Positions 26,305 through 40,199 of a stretch of 64,000 bases of DNA are shown one piece after another. The stretch is from Chiloscyllium plagiosum (taxonomy: Eukaryota): NCBI RefSeq assembly GCF_004010195.1, contig NC_057719.1:37262138-37326137 (forward strand), given 5' to 3'. The position numbers and the translations under genes were made by a program. The first letter of the stretch is position 1. Every line of letters starts with the position of its first letter. The notes under the pieces are model-generated. The model had not been told where the DNA came from. It worked only from the letters and a program-made list of their open reading frames with translations, and did not search any database.

Positions 26305-27960
26305 TTCATAGTTTCATAGTAATAGTAGGCCATTTAGCCCATTGAGCCTGCTGCACCATTCAGTAAGATCATGGCCGACCTAACTATCATCTCAACTCCT
26401 CCTACCTGCATTATCTCCATAATCTGTAATTCCCCTACCATGTAAAGATGCATTCAACTGTGTCTTGAACATATTTAATGATGCTGCCTCTACTGTTTCC
26501 TTAGGCAGAGAATTCCACAGATTCACTACTCTCTGGGAAAATCAGTCCCTCCTCACCTCTGTCCCAAATCGACTCCCCCTAATTTGAGGCCATCGCCCCT
26601 TGTCACAGTCTCAACCACCAGTGCAAACAATTTGCCTGCCTCTATCTTATCTATCCCTTCCATAATTTTATGTTTCTATAAGATCCCCTTTCATTCTTCT
26701 AAATTCTAGTGAGTACAGTCCCAGGAGGCTCATCCTCTCCTCATAGGGTAACCCCCTCGTCTCTGGAATCAACCTGGTGAACCTCCCCCACACTGCCTCC
26801 AGTATATCCTTCCTCAAGTAAGGAGACCAAAACTGCGCACAAAACTCCAGGTGTGGTCTCACCAATACCTTGTACAATTGCAGCAGAACCTCCCTGCTCT
26901 ATTCAATCCCTCTAGCAATGAAAGGCAATATTCCGCTTGCCTTCCTGATTACCTGTTGCATCATTAAATCAACTTTTGGCAATTCATGTATGAACACTCC
27001 CAAGTCCCTCTGCACAACAGCATGCTGCAATCTTTCACCATTTAAATACTATGCTGACTTACTGTTTTTAATGCCAAAGTGGATAACTTCACATTTACCA
27101 ACATTGTACTCCATCTGCCAGACCTTTGTCCACTCACTTAACCTATCTAAACCTCTCTGCAGACCCTCCACATCCTCTGCACAGTTTGCCTTTCCACTGA
27201 ATTTAGTGTCATCAGTAAACTTGGATACGTTACACTCAATCTTCCCTTCCAAATCATTTATATATATCATGATCAGTTGTGGGCTCAACACCGACACCTG
27301 CAACACCCCACTCACCACTGATCTCCGACCAGAGAAACACCCATTTATCCAAAGTCTCTGCTTTCTATTGGTTAACCAGTCCTCAATCCATATTAGTACA
27401 TTCCCCACAACTCCATGAATTCTTATCTTATGGATGAGACTTTTATGCAGCACCTTATCGAACGCCTTCTGGAAATCCCTCCATCCACCGTGCTTGTTAC
27501 ATCCTCAAAGAACGCAATCCAATTTGTCAAACATGACCTTCCCTTCCTGAATCTGTCCTGTGTCTGCCTGATGGAGCCCTTTCCATCCAGATGTCTCACT
27601 TTTTCTTCTTTAATGATAGCCTTCAATATTTTCCTTGACTCCAGGTGTTAAGCTAACTGGCCTATAGTTAACTGCCTTTTGCCAACACCTTTTTTTAAAC
27701 AGCAGCGTGATATTCACTGTCTTCCAGTCCACTTGGACCTGCCTGGAGTCCAGTGAATCTTGGTAAATTACCATTAATGCATTTACTATAACTTCTGTCA
27801 TTTCTTTCAGCACCCTGGGAACCAGGGAACTTATCTACCTTTAGACCCTCAAGTTTGCTCAATACTACCCCTTTAGTGATAACAATTGAATTGTTAAACA
27901 CCTCCCATCATATCCTTAACGTCATTCTTTGGCACATTGGCTTAGTATGCTTCCACAGTG
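26305..27960 (-). mobile_element. CR1 LINE fragment (intermediate age) nested in an older CR1 (~25920-28560)
   Basis: ORFs 26668-27901 with RT motifs (NYRPVSLT, CLTN, KFTDD, VRPHLEFC). Confidence 0.85.
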
Positions 27961-29822
27961 ATCATAAGTTCACTAAGTCCCTCTCTCCTTTCCACCTCCA
28001 GATTTAGAGCTACTACTGGAATATTTTTTGGATCCTCTATATTTGAAGAGAGAAGCAAACTATGTGTTAATTTCATTCAGCATTTCTAAATTGCCTACTT
28101 TTAACTCCCCATTCTCACTCTCTAAAAGACCGACATTCATTTTACTTACTTGGTTCCTTTTTAAATATCTACAGAAACTCTTGTTATCTGGTTTTATATA
28201 ATTAACTAACATCCTCTCATACTTTAATTTCTTGCTTTTGAGTAAATTGCATTCTCTGCTGTTCTTTATATTCTGATTAATCGTCTGATCTGGTACTCAT
28301 TTTGTTTATTTGTTTTTGCCTTAAATTTTGTTGCTTTCAGTCAGTTGGCCCTCCTGCCGGAATTTCTCTTTAAAGTAGGAATATTCTGAAATATCCCTAT
28401 AAATGCCTGCCACTGTGTCTTAATTAATCTACTTCCCAGTATTAGTATTTCCCAGTTCCATTCAGATAGCTCAGTTTACATAGTTTAAAACTCTAGTCTT
28501 AGGCACATTCTTCTCCCTTTCAAACTGGATGCAAAACTTAATCATATTATGTACGGTTACCGTTATTTAGGGGTGCCTTTATTCATTATCTGAAAATACA
28601 CCTCTTGAGATCAATCTTCAGCTCAGCACTCTCCAGGGAGTGAGTTTGAGGAATTAAGAATGAAATGCAATAAAATGAGATCAGTGTTTTGTATATTCTG
28701 TCTTCATTGCACAAGACTTGAAAAACCTTTCTAAAGATACTTGAAGTTCAGGAGGTGAAAGGCTGGGAGGAATGTAAAACTATCATCTTCAAGGAAAAGG
28801 TGCCAGTGAAACTATTGGACCTGATAGTTTAACAAGAGTCTAATGATAGGCTGATACATCATGAAGACCAGATGGCCTGCATCCTATGGACTTAACAGAA
28901 GTGGCTGCAAATGTCATAGAGACATTGGTTATAATCGTCAAAAATTTCTTTGATTCAGGAAGGGGCACAGTGTATCAGAAAATAGCAATTATAATACCTT
29001 TATTCAAGAAAGGAGGGAGACAAATATATAGCCCAATTAGCCTAACAGCCGTAATATAGAGTATTAGAACTCATTATTGAGAAGGCTGTAGCAGAATAGT
29101 TAAAAAATCACAATAGGATTAGGCAGGGTCATCATGGTTTTGTGAAAGGAAATCATTAAGTAATTTATACAGTTCCTTGAAAGTAACAAGCAAGGTGGTT
29201 AAAGGGGAACCTGTAAATGTTGTGAATTGGATTTTCAAAATGTAACCAAAAAGGTGGCATACCAAAGGTTGCTACACAAGAGCAAATTGTGCGGGGAGTA
29301 ACATTATTATGGTTAAAGGATTCATTAGTTAACAGGAAGCAGAGTAGGAATAAATGTGCCTTTTTTGGGTTGACGAGCTAAAACTATTAGACTGATACAG
29401 GGATCATTACTCAACTATTTACAATCTTTTATCAATGGCTTGAGTAAAAAGACCAAATTGATGCTAACTAAATTTTCTGAACACCAAAGTAGGGAGCTAA
29501 ATAAGTTGTGAAGAAGATGCAAAGAGGCCACAAAGGGATATGGACATGTTAAGTGAGTGGGCAAAATATTGGTAGATGGAAATATGGAGTTGATCATTTT
29601 GGCAGGAAGACTGGAAAAGCAGCATTTTATTAAAATGGAAAGAGATTTCAGAATTCTGTGCTTCAGAAGGATATATGTCTGTTGGTACACAGTTCACAAA
29701 AAAAAGTTAGAATGCAGGTATAACAAGTGCTGAGGAAGGCAAATTCAATGTTGGCATTTATTACAAGGGAAATGGAATATAGAAGTAGGACTGTTTTGCT
29801 ACAGTTGTACAGTGTAGTGATT

Positions 29823-31071
29823 ATAGACAATAGACAATAGGTGCAGGAGTAGGCCATTCTGCCCTTCGAGCCTGTACCACCATTCAATATGATCATGGCT
29901 GATCATCCTTAATCAGTATCCTGTTCCTGCCTTATCTCCATAACCCTTGATTCCACTATCCTTGAGAGCTCTATCCAACTCTTTCTTAAATGAATCCAGA
30001 GACTGGGCCTCCACTACCCTCTGGGGCTGAGCATTCCACACAGCCACCACTCTCTGGGTGAAGACGTTTCTCCTCATCTCTGTCCTAAATGGCCTACCCC
30101 TTATTTTTAAGCTGTGTCCTCTGGTTCGGCACTCACCCATCAGTGGAAACATGTTTCCTGCCTCCAGAGTGTCCAATCCTTTAATAATCTTATATGTCTC
30201 AATCAGATCCCCTATCTGTCTTCTAAACTCAAGGGTATACAAGCCCAGTTACTCCAGTCTTTCAGCGTAAGGTAGTCCCGCCATTCTAGGAATTGACCTC
30301 ATGAACCTACGCTGCACTCCCTCAATAGCCAGAATGTCTTTCCTCAAATTTGGAGGTCAGAACTGCACACAATACTCCAGGTGTGGTCTCACCAGGGCCC
30401 GATACAGCTGCAGAAGCACCTCTTTGCTTCTATACTCAATCCCTCTTGTTATGAAGGCCAGCATGCTATTAGCCTTCTTCACTACCTGCTGTACCTGCAT
30501 GCTTGCCTTCATTGACTGGTGTACAAGAACACCCAGATCTCTTTGTACTGCCCCTTTACATAAATTGATTCCATTTAGGTAGTAATCTGCCTTCCTGTTC
30601 TTGCCACCCAAAGTGGATAACCATACATTTATCCACATTAAACTGCATCTGCCATGCATCTGACCACTCACCTAACCTGTCCAGGTCACCCTGTAATCTC
30701 CGAACATCCTCCTCACATTTCACCCTGCCACCCAGCTTAGTATCATCAGCAAATTTGCTAATGTTATTACTAATTCCATCTTCTATATCATTAATATATA
30801 TTGTAAAATGCTGAGGTCCCAGCACTGATCCCTGCGGTACCCCATTGGTGACTGCCTGCCATTCCGAAATGGAGTCGTTTATCACTACCCTTTGTTTCCT
30901 GTCAGCCAACCAACTTTCAATCCAAGTTAGTACTTTGCCTCCAATACCATGCACCCTAATTTTGCTCACTAACCTCCTATGTGGGACTTTGTCAAAAGCT
31001 TTCTGAAAGTCCAGGTACACTACATCTACTGGATCTCCCTCGTCCATCTTCAGAGTTACATCCTCAAAAAA
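29823..31071 (-). mobile_element. Second young CR1 family, 5'-truncated, inserted in the opposite orientation into an older plus-strand CR1 (~28750-31550)
   Basis: Nearly intact RT ([27 protein letters not shown]). Distinct 3' tail (ATAGACAATAGACAATAGG on +). The host reading LYS(V)V|IRLNVEY resumes after the insertion. Confidence 0.9.
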
Positions 31072-32042
31072 TTAGACTAAATGTGGAGTACCATGTACTA
31101 TTCTGTTCTCATCTGGAAAAGGATCGAACTGTGTTCGAAGCATTTCAGAGAAGGTACACAACTCATCCCTGAGATGTAGGGATTATCTTTTGAAGAAACA
31201 TTGAACAGATTAGTCCTATGCTCATTGGAGTTTAGAAAAATGAGATGGGATCTTATTGAAAGGTACAAGATCCTGTGGAGATTTGACAGGGTGAATACTA
31301 GAAGGTAGTCTTCTAATGTAAACTGATATGGGAAGAATCTTTTTCTCTTGGAGGGCCATTGGGATGTGGAATTCTGTTCCCGTGGAGGCTGGATGATTGA
31401 AGTTACTCAAAGCTGAATTAGATAGATTTCTGGTAGACAAGGGATCAAGGGATATGGAGCAGGAGTGGATAGGAACATGTAGTGGAAGCCACAATTAGAT
31501 TAGCCATGAACTTACTGGAAAACACAGCAGGCTTGAAGGGTGAAGTAGACTAGATAACAGTGGATGGTATTTTTATAAATGTATTCATAGGATGTGGGCT
31601 TTGCATTTATTGCCCAGAGGGCAATTCAGAGTCGACTGCATTGCTGTGGGTTTGGAATCAATTAATTTCAAATGGAGGCCAGCAGATTTCCTTCTCTAAC
31701 GGACAACAGTGAACTGGAATTATTTTGCAATAATGTTTACATGGTCATCATTGGGCCAGCTTTTTTATTGAATCCAAAATTCACCAGCTGACGTAACGCC
31801 CCTAGAACATTAATTTGGGGTTCAGGATCACTAGTCCATTGACAATATCACTGTGCTACTTTCTCCCCTTAATGTTACAGTTTGCCAAGTGTGGAAGCAG
31901 TAGGGAGATGACAGAGACACTCTACAGAATGAGATAGAACTTCCTCTTCCTGTCCTAGACGAGGGCAAAACCAGGGTGAGCAGACACAGGGACTCATCTG
32001 GATAACAGGTTTCCTGATGGTGCAAAGCCATCGACATCATAA

Positions 32043-32266
32043 GAGGAGAAAGTGAGGACTGCAGATGCTGGAGATCAGAGCTGAAAATGTGTTGCTGGAA
32101 AAGCGCAGCAGGTCAGGCAGCATCCAAGGAACAGGAGAATCGACGTTTCGGGCATACGCCCGAAACGTCGGGCTTCCTGAAGAAGGACTTATGCCCGAAA
32201 CGTCGATTCTCCTGTTCCTTGGATGCTGCCTGACCTGCTGCGCTTTTCCAGCAACACATTTTCAGC
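32043..32266. mobile_element. Penelope pLTR-derived foldback insertion
   Basis: Perfect 77-bp inverted arms at 32080-32156 and 32190-32266, same family as 55160-55247. TSD CATCGAC(A/T)TCATAA at 32029-32042 and 32266-32279. Confidence 0.88.
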
Positions 32267-35200
32267 ATCGACTTCATAAACAAACCTCAAACAGGCCCCA
32301 ATGTTGCTTTAGTACTATTGTATCTGCAAGAGCTCCCACTCCATCAATGTGTAATCAGTCTGGGAATACATGAAGAAATTCAGTTTCAGAGCCAGCATGA
32401 ACATCAGAAGAGGGAAGATGAAGGGCAGGGGGACTATGAAGAGGAGGAGGGAAGGAATCTATGATATTTATTATGTGTAATTGGACTGAGTAAAGGAATT
32501 GCATTACAAGGCCTCATTTCAGTTAAACTGAACTTTCTCACCACTTAACGAAGATGCAAGACCCACCAATATCCACATCCATGAACTCTGAGCCTGGATA
32601 TTAACAATCTGAGTGTTCAGTCCGGGGAACCCATGCCCACTGCAGCACTGATCTACCAAGAGGCCCCAACCTGTGTTATAGTGGAAACTGACATGGAGGC
32701 CAGCGGAATTTGAAGCCCTGCAGTTGCCCACCACTTCCACAGTGCGTTGGGTTCTAACAGGCACCAAAGACCAAACATCAGCAAAACACTTTCCTGTAAC
32801 TTGCCTGAATGAAGTTCCTTTCCCAGTCCCCTGAAGTGGAATTTGTCTGCACCCTGACCATTTGAGAGCTCACACACAAATTGATCTTGGGCCTGGCGAC
32901 AGCCACGGGTAGCTGGTGACTTGCCATGCGCAGGTCCCAACTCCAAATTACCCTCCAAAACTTATACACTGTCTGTGCCTGAATTGGCAGCAGCAAGTGT
33001 AAGGTAAACTGATAATGCATTTCCCTCACATGTTCACTCTTCCTTTTACCCTTCCATATGAGGAGACAGGAGTTGAACAGCAGGCAAATCTCAACTATGT
33101 GGCACAACAGTGTTCAGATGTAGGAAGGTGTGAGGGAAGGGGGTGGATGGGGAGGAAAGGAAGAATTCCATAGATGCTCGATCAGTGACTTCCATTTCTT
33201 GGTAGCTTTCAAAAAGACATTAATGAGCGATGAGAAAGGAAGTAACATGTCGTCACTCAGGATGGCCTTGGCAGCACTGGCTGTATGCTTGCAGCACAAT
33301 GAGTGCTGGTCTGGTTTCCACTATGTTTGCATAGAATGAACAGATCAGAAACAAGCCATTCAGCCCAACAGGCCTATACTTGTTTTGATGCTTCACACAA
33401 CCTCCTGATATCTGTTATCTAATCCTGTCAGTATTACCTTCTATTTGTTTCTTCCTTATGTGATTTGCTAGCTTCCCCTTAAATGCATCTATTCTACTGG
33501 CTTCAACTATTCCATGTAGTAGCAAATTTTATATCCTAGCCAAGCTCCCTATTAGCATTATTAGGTGCTATTTTATATTCCTGGTTCTTAGCTCTGTTCA
33601 TTCCTATAAATGTAACCATCACCTCTACTCTATCAAACTCTTTTATAATCTTAAAGCCTCTTTCAGTCCATCCTGCAATCTTTTCTTTTCTAGAGACAAG
33701 TAGTGGATGCATCAACATTTGTTTAACACCTAGAAAGTGGTACATACTAACACCTTTTCAGGACTGTGTCTCTTGATCCCCCACTGTCTTTAAATGGCTG
33801 TCTGACATTGATGTGGACCTCCTCAGAATAGAGTTCACACTGATAGGGGACTAACAAATGGAATCAGGTCAGCAGTCACCAACTGGTAACAAGACGGTAA
33901 CACTTGTGATTTCAAAGTCACTGATCTTGATTTGCACTGACATAGTAAATCACAGGATCACATGGAAACACAATATGAAGGGCAGAAGTAGACTGTAATA
34001 GCAAGGATGATTCACAGTGCTGTCTCCCAGAATATCAGAAACAGCTTCATGCCTCACACAGAGAGTATTCGATCATTTTGTAACATGGACAAGTCAGATC
34101 AGTCGCAGCCTACAGACCCATTTAATTAGTTAAGTGTAGCAAGCTGATATTTTTTAATAAAGGCAAAGCTAAACAATGATAAATTTATGGCTATAATGTA
34201 ATTACTTAGAAGGTCATGAGAATTATTTACGTTTCTGTTGACAATGTTGCTAATTCTGATGTGTTCAGCTCATTCTCATATCCCTTAAACTGGTTATTTA
34301 CTCTTGAATCAACCAGATGAATTAAAATGTGACTGGTCTTCCAGTGTTGGTGAATGACTGAGTCACACAGAAAACTGTGAATGAAGAACATAGATCATTT
34401 GTTGAAAAAGAGGTTATTTTCATTCTTCTTTGCTAACTGACAGCAATTGACAACATTCTTCCTGAATAAAGAAGTGCAGCTAATTTTTTAATTAACCTGT
34501 TCAGACACACCCCCAGGCAGGTGGAACTTGAACCTAGTCGTCTGGCCAAGAGGCAGGGGCACTGCCTCCAACAGCCCTCACAGATGGAGCATCCTTTTAT
34601 TAAAAGCAACCTGTTATGATTCACGTCCAGACTAGGTGGGACTTGAATCCAGACCTTCTGATCTGTGGGCAAAGACACAGCCACTGAGCCTTTCAGGAAA
34701 TTAAAGATTTTACATTTTACAGTGAGATGTGAAACCATGTCCCCCAGAGCCTGAAAACTGGATTACTAATCCAGTGACAATATCACCATTTCACTGCCTA
34801 CCCTTGGATTTACTTTTTGTTGTTTAATTAGTGACACAATAACAATTCATGAGATTGGTTCCGAGGATGAGTGCTGTCCTATGTTGCAAGGCTGTGTAAT
34901 TTGGACCTGTGTTTGCTGATATTTAGACAAACAAATTCTCATTGTAATGTTCAGGATTCTGAAGAGACTTTACAAGGTAGACTCTGAGAGATTGTTTTCT
35001 CCAGCTGGGGAATAGAGAACACAGGTTCATAGTCATATGTCAACAATTTAGGTCAGAGATGAGGGGCTATTTATTCACTTGGGGTTGTGAATCTTTGGAA
35101 TTCTTGGCCCCAGGGGGTCATGGATGCTCATTGTCGACCATATTCAAAACAATTCTCTCAAGGAATCAAGGGATATGGAGAGTCGGCAGGGAAGTGGAAG

Positions 35201-36220
35201 TTCAGCCAACATTGTGGGAAATGGAGGAATAGGTTCAAAGGACTGTACGGTCCACTCCTGATCCTATTTCTTATGTCATTATATCTTCAGAAAATGATGC
35301 CAGAATTAATTAAACCATGGCGAGATCAAAAGGAGAGGTCCATAAAAACATTATATAGTAAACAGAGAAAACTGATCGATACGCGCTGGCTCATCGATTC
35401 AAATAGAAAATACAGTTCTGCCTCCCTTTAGACTCTAGATAGGTTTTGCTCTTTTGTTTTCATCCTTTTCTGCCACCCAGTCAAGTCATCTTCCAGTTAT
35501 CCTTTCCTTGCCTCCACCACCCCACCAATCCCTATCCCAATTCTTCATGCTTGATCCCAGGCTTGAAATCCCTTTGGATAAGCTCACAATTACCTCTTTC
35601 ACCTTTGTTGGCATTTGCTAAAGAGTTCATTAGTGGCACCCATTGGTGTCCTTAGAAATAGGCCCTTTAGAATTCCAACCAGATAGGAGCTAAACAATTT
35701 CATTTTTACTGGTTGCAACTTGAACTGTACTTTCCAGTCTGAATAATGCACTGTAACTGTCTTGTTAGGACCAGAGGTTCAAGCATAAGCACACTTACAT
35801 TCATAATCCACTCATTCATCGTGTGTGAGTGTTGCTACAAAGACAGCATTTATCTTTGAACTGAGTAGTTTCCTAATCTTGCCAATTACGGAGGACAATT
35901 AAGAGTTAACCACATTGCTTTGAGTCTGGATGGGGTAAGGTTTGCAGGTTTCCTTCTCTAAATGACAATCAATGACGGTCACAGTTACTAGATTTTACAT
36001 TCCAGATTTCTCCTAATTGAATTTAAATTACACAAGCTGCCAAGGTGGAATTTGAATTTCTATCCCCGAGAGTCTCCGGGTTAATAGTCCAGTGGCATTA
36101 CAACTGTAGCCACCATTTTCTCATAATGTCTCCATCTCTCTCTCTCTGTCACTTTTCAAAAACTTTGAACTGGACAGTAGCATCAGATGCTAATGCTTCG
36201 GGTGAAGTTTCTAAACATAC

Positions 36221-37521
36221 TTAGAGTCATAGAGATGTACAGCATGGAAACAGACCCTTCGGTCCAACCCGTCCATGCTGACCAGATATCTCAACCCAAT
36301 CTAGTCCCACCTGCCAGCACCCAGCCCATATCCCTCCAAACCCTTCCTATTCATATACCCATCCAAATGCCTCTTAAATGTTGCAATTGTACCAGCCTCC
36401 ACCACTTCATCTGGCAGCTCATTCCATACACGTACCACCTTCTGCGTGAAAACGTTGCCCCTTAGGTCTCTTTTATATCTTTCCCCTCTCACCATAAACT
36501 TATGCCCTCTAGTTCTGGACTCCCCAACCCCAGGGTGAAGACTTTGCCTATTTATCCTATCCATACCCCTCATAATTTTGTAAACCTCTATAAGGTCACC
36601 CCTAAGTCTCCGACACTCCAGGGAAAACAGCCCCAGCCTGTTCAGCCTCTCCCTGTAGCCCAGATCCTCCAACCGTGGCAACATCCTTGTAAATCTGTTC
36701 TGAACCCTTTCAAGTTTCACAACATCTTTCCGATAGGAAGGAGATCAGAATTGCATGCAATATTCCAACAGTGGCCTAACCAATGTCCTGTACAGCCGCA
36801 ACATGACCTCCCAACTCCTGTACTCAATACTCTGACCAATAAAGGAAAGCATACCAAACGCCGCCTTCACTATCCTATCTACCTGCGACTCCACTTTCAA
36901 GGAACTATGAACCTGCACTCCAAGGTCTCTTTGTTCAGCAACATTCCCTAGGATCTTACCATTAAGTGTATAAGTCCTGCAAAGATTTGCTTTCCCAAAT
37001 TGCAGCACCTCGCATTTATCTGAATTAAACTCCATCTGCCACGTCACAGCCCATTGGCCCATCTGGTCCAGATCCTGTTGTAATCTGAGGTAACCCACTT
37101 CGCTGTCCACTACACCTCCAATTTTGGTGTCATCTGCAAACTTACTAACTGTACCTNNNNNNNNNNNNNNNNNNNNNNNNNNNNNNNNNNNNNNNNNNNN
37201 NNNNNNNNNNNNNNNNNNNNNNNNNNNNNNNNNNNNNNNNNNNATCAGTCATCTTTGTTACTTCTTCAAAAAACTCAATCAAGTTTGTGAGACATGATTT
37301 TCCACGCACAAAGCCATGTTGACTATCCCGAATCAGTCCTTGCCTTTCCAAATACATGTACATCCTGTCCCTCAGGATTCCCTCCAACAACTTGCCTACC
37401 ACTGAGGTCAGGCTCACTGGTCTATAGTTCCCTGGCTTGTCTTTACCAACCCTCTTAAACAGTGGCACCACGTTTGCCAACCTCCAGTCTTCCGGCACCT
37501 CCCCTGTGACTATCGATGATA
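36221..37521 (-). mobile_element. 5'-truncated CR1/HER1-like LINE
   Basis: RT and C-terminal ORFs 36301-37498 are nearly identical to the other young copies. N-gap at 37157-37243. Confidence 0.93.
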
Positions 37522-37909
37522 TCCTTGCTTAGTTTTTATCCCTCTATTTTGTTTCTGTGGACTAGATCTAGGAATAAGAGAAAAAGATATATTTATTATG
37601 GCTTGACTATCTTTACAATGGAGGGAGGGGTAGGAAATTAATTTTCTCATTAACTAAGTATAAAGGAGAAAAGTCTATACTGCCTTATCTGTACAGGGAC
37701 ACAGTGCAGAGAAACCTTAATGGGTTCTGAATCTCATTATTTTATTGTTTAGTTGACAAGAATTTGCTCTTTGTAGCTTATTACAACCAGTAGTATTCAG
37801 CTTCAGCTTTCTTTTTTATCTACCTCCCAACAATGTTGCTAGCATCTCAATTCAAAGTTATTCAAAAAATCAGCAAAACTGATCTAGAAGTTAACACATC
37901 TTTAAGTCA

Positions 37910-38120
37910 ATCCAAAAAAAAATGTGCAGGTTAGGTGAATTGGCCATGTTAAATTGCCCATAGTGTTGGGTGAAGGGTTAAATGTAGGGGAATGAGTCTG
38001 GGTGGGTTGCGCTTCGGCGGGTCGATGTGGACTTGTTGGGCCGAAGGGCCTGTTTCCACACTGTAAGTAATCTAATCTAATCTAATCTAATCTAATCTAA
38101 TCTAATCTAATCTAATCTAA
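37910..38120 (+). mobile_element. 5'-truncated HE1-like V-SINE with expanded tail
   Basis: Close match to 12515-12667. Confidence 0.9.
38068..38120 (+). repeat. (TAATC)10 pentanucleotide microsatellite
   Basis: Ten perfect TAATC units plus TAA, derived from the SINE tail. Confidence 0.95.
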
Positions 38121-40199
38121 GTAATTCACAAACACTTTCAAAGTTGCCATCTATTAATTAACAGAAAATTTTCTTCTACTGTAATTGAAATGCTGAGAAA
38201 TGTGCTCAAAAATAAGAAGTTATGTCATTTGGAAGATTAGCGAAAAACATTTTTCAACTAGCTTAATTTCAGGCATGTCTCTTTCAGGCATGTATAGATT
38301 GACATGAACAAAGCAATTTGCTGAGTCACTGAGATTTCTTTGAAGTTTCAAAATTGGGTGCTGGAATGCTAAAAGAGTAGATTAATACTGATCCTCATTT
38401 ATGAGGTTTAGGAAGGTCAAATGAAGAATAGCAGCATTAAACAGGTGATGGCACTGTCACATGGCATGGATTATATTCCTCATTTCAGAAATATAGCCTC
38501 TAAGTTAAGAAAACTGCAATGATCAATGAATTTTAATTAGGAGAGTGAAACATAAGAGCAACACTCCAGTCCTATCACATGTATCAAGCTATCAGACGGT
38601 ATAGTGATATGACACAACCTCACAACATTTTGAAACTGAGTTTGGACCTTTCTGCTAAATAAGGAAAATAACACTGTTTTGGAAAGATAGCTCTTATTTA
38701 AAAAATACCTTTGTTAGTTATTTAAAATTGCCTGGTCCCTTCTTCAGACAAAGCCATTAAAATATCAGGTGCAGAAGAAGTACTATTTTCACCAACATTT
38801 TCAAATTTACATTTATTTCAATATGATTAATTATAAATTATACAGAACCAAAAGCATGTATGAACAAATGGTTTGTAAATTATAAATAATTTGTTAAAAA
38901 AAACTAGGCTTGGAGGACTGCTTGAAAAGCTAATATCTACATTTAAAAAAATGTAAATTATTTAGCGCACCTTTATTCAACATATATTTGTGAGTTCTTT
39001 AAAAAAATCAAGTACACATATCTGAAATACTATTACGAAGTATTGTTAAAATGTTGATTTTAAATTAATTTAGTAATTTCATTTTGGTAAGACCAGGTCA
39101 TTAGACTGTTCAAGTTTTAGCAGGTAACTTATCTACAAAATAATATATTCAAATAAACATAACCATTACATAGAGACAGTAGACCTCCATAATATTAATG
39201 TATGAACTTGTCTTGTTCCTGCAGGTTATAGGTTAAATGGTTATCAGGAATGGTATCAAACAGAACCTATACATGTTCTTGAACTTTGACCTTTACCGTT
39301 TTTTTTTACGAGAGCAAAATTTTGACCAAATTCATGGCGATGTGAATGGGCAGGGTTCCTGAATGCTAAATTTTTTGACAACTTGCTTCACATTTTCCCC
39401 TCTATAATTGTGAATATCTACTATGGAGAGATTGGTTGAAGCAGGCAGAGTGGATTCTGGGGCGTGGAGGGGCAGGAATATCAAGTTTCCAGTTGAATTT
39501 ATCTTGCACTGTGGAATATATTGTTGCAAAAATGAAAGGAAAGCTTAAGGAAACTCTCAGATAGCATTTTTATGGTAGCTGATTTGCTTGCTAGAATAGT
39601 GAGGAAAAATAATAAAAGCTTGTGTTAAAAATCTATGATCATACAGGGAAGATCATGGTATGTAAACTTGTGTTGGAGATGTCCTCATGACTATGTGGAT
39701 GTTGGCAAGTAAACCCTTATCTGATAACCTGGAAGACTATTTTTTTCCATCCCATCTAACTTCATTATAAAAGATATTAAATTTACTAATAGCCACCCTC
39801 TGGATTTGGATCCTCAGCACAGAAGGTTTAATCACAAATACCCCTTTACATTCAAACTTCTCCTGATTCAGGCCTTTCACCCATTATGATGTTGATATAC
39901 CCCATGATGTCTTATCTACTCCAGCTGCAAGAAGCTGCTGCTAACACAATACCAAGTTTTGTCACCCCAGATCTACAAACATTACATTTGTGCATCCTTT
40001 CTGAGAGGCTGGTCTTATGAATCATCTAGTTCAGCAATGTCCTGGTCTATTGTCATTGCCTTTCCACAGCTAAATGTTAAAGCCATTCTCGTCATTCTGC
40101 AGAATTTCAGTCTTCTCTTTTTCAAATTTAACTGTCTCCACTAAATTATAATCGCTGCCCAATCGATCATCAACTTGGATACCAAATCCAAATAGTTCA

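Noticed and set aside
16124..37110. Recurrent plus/minus ORFs such as HAIFQQWPNQCPVQPQHDLPT and MYSMETDPSVQPVH suggesting a gene family
   Set aside because: They are antisense translations of the same CR1 ORF2 and 3' tail in multiple copies.
38068..38120. CRISPR-like or telomere-like array
   Set aside because: Simple (TAATC)n SINE-tail microsatellite with no spacers, in a eukaryotic context.
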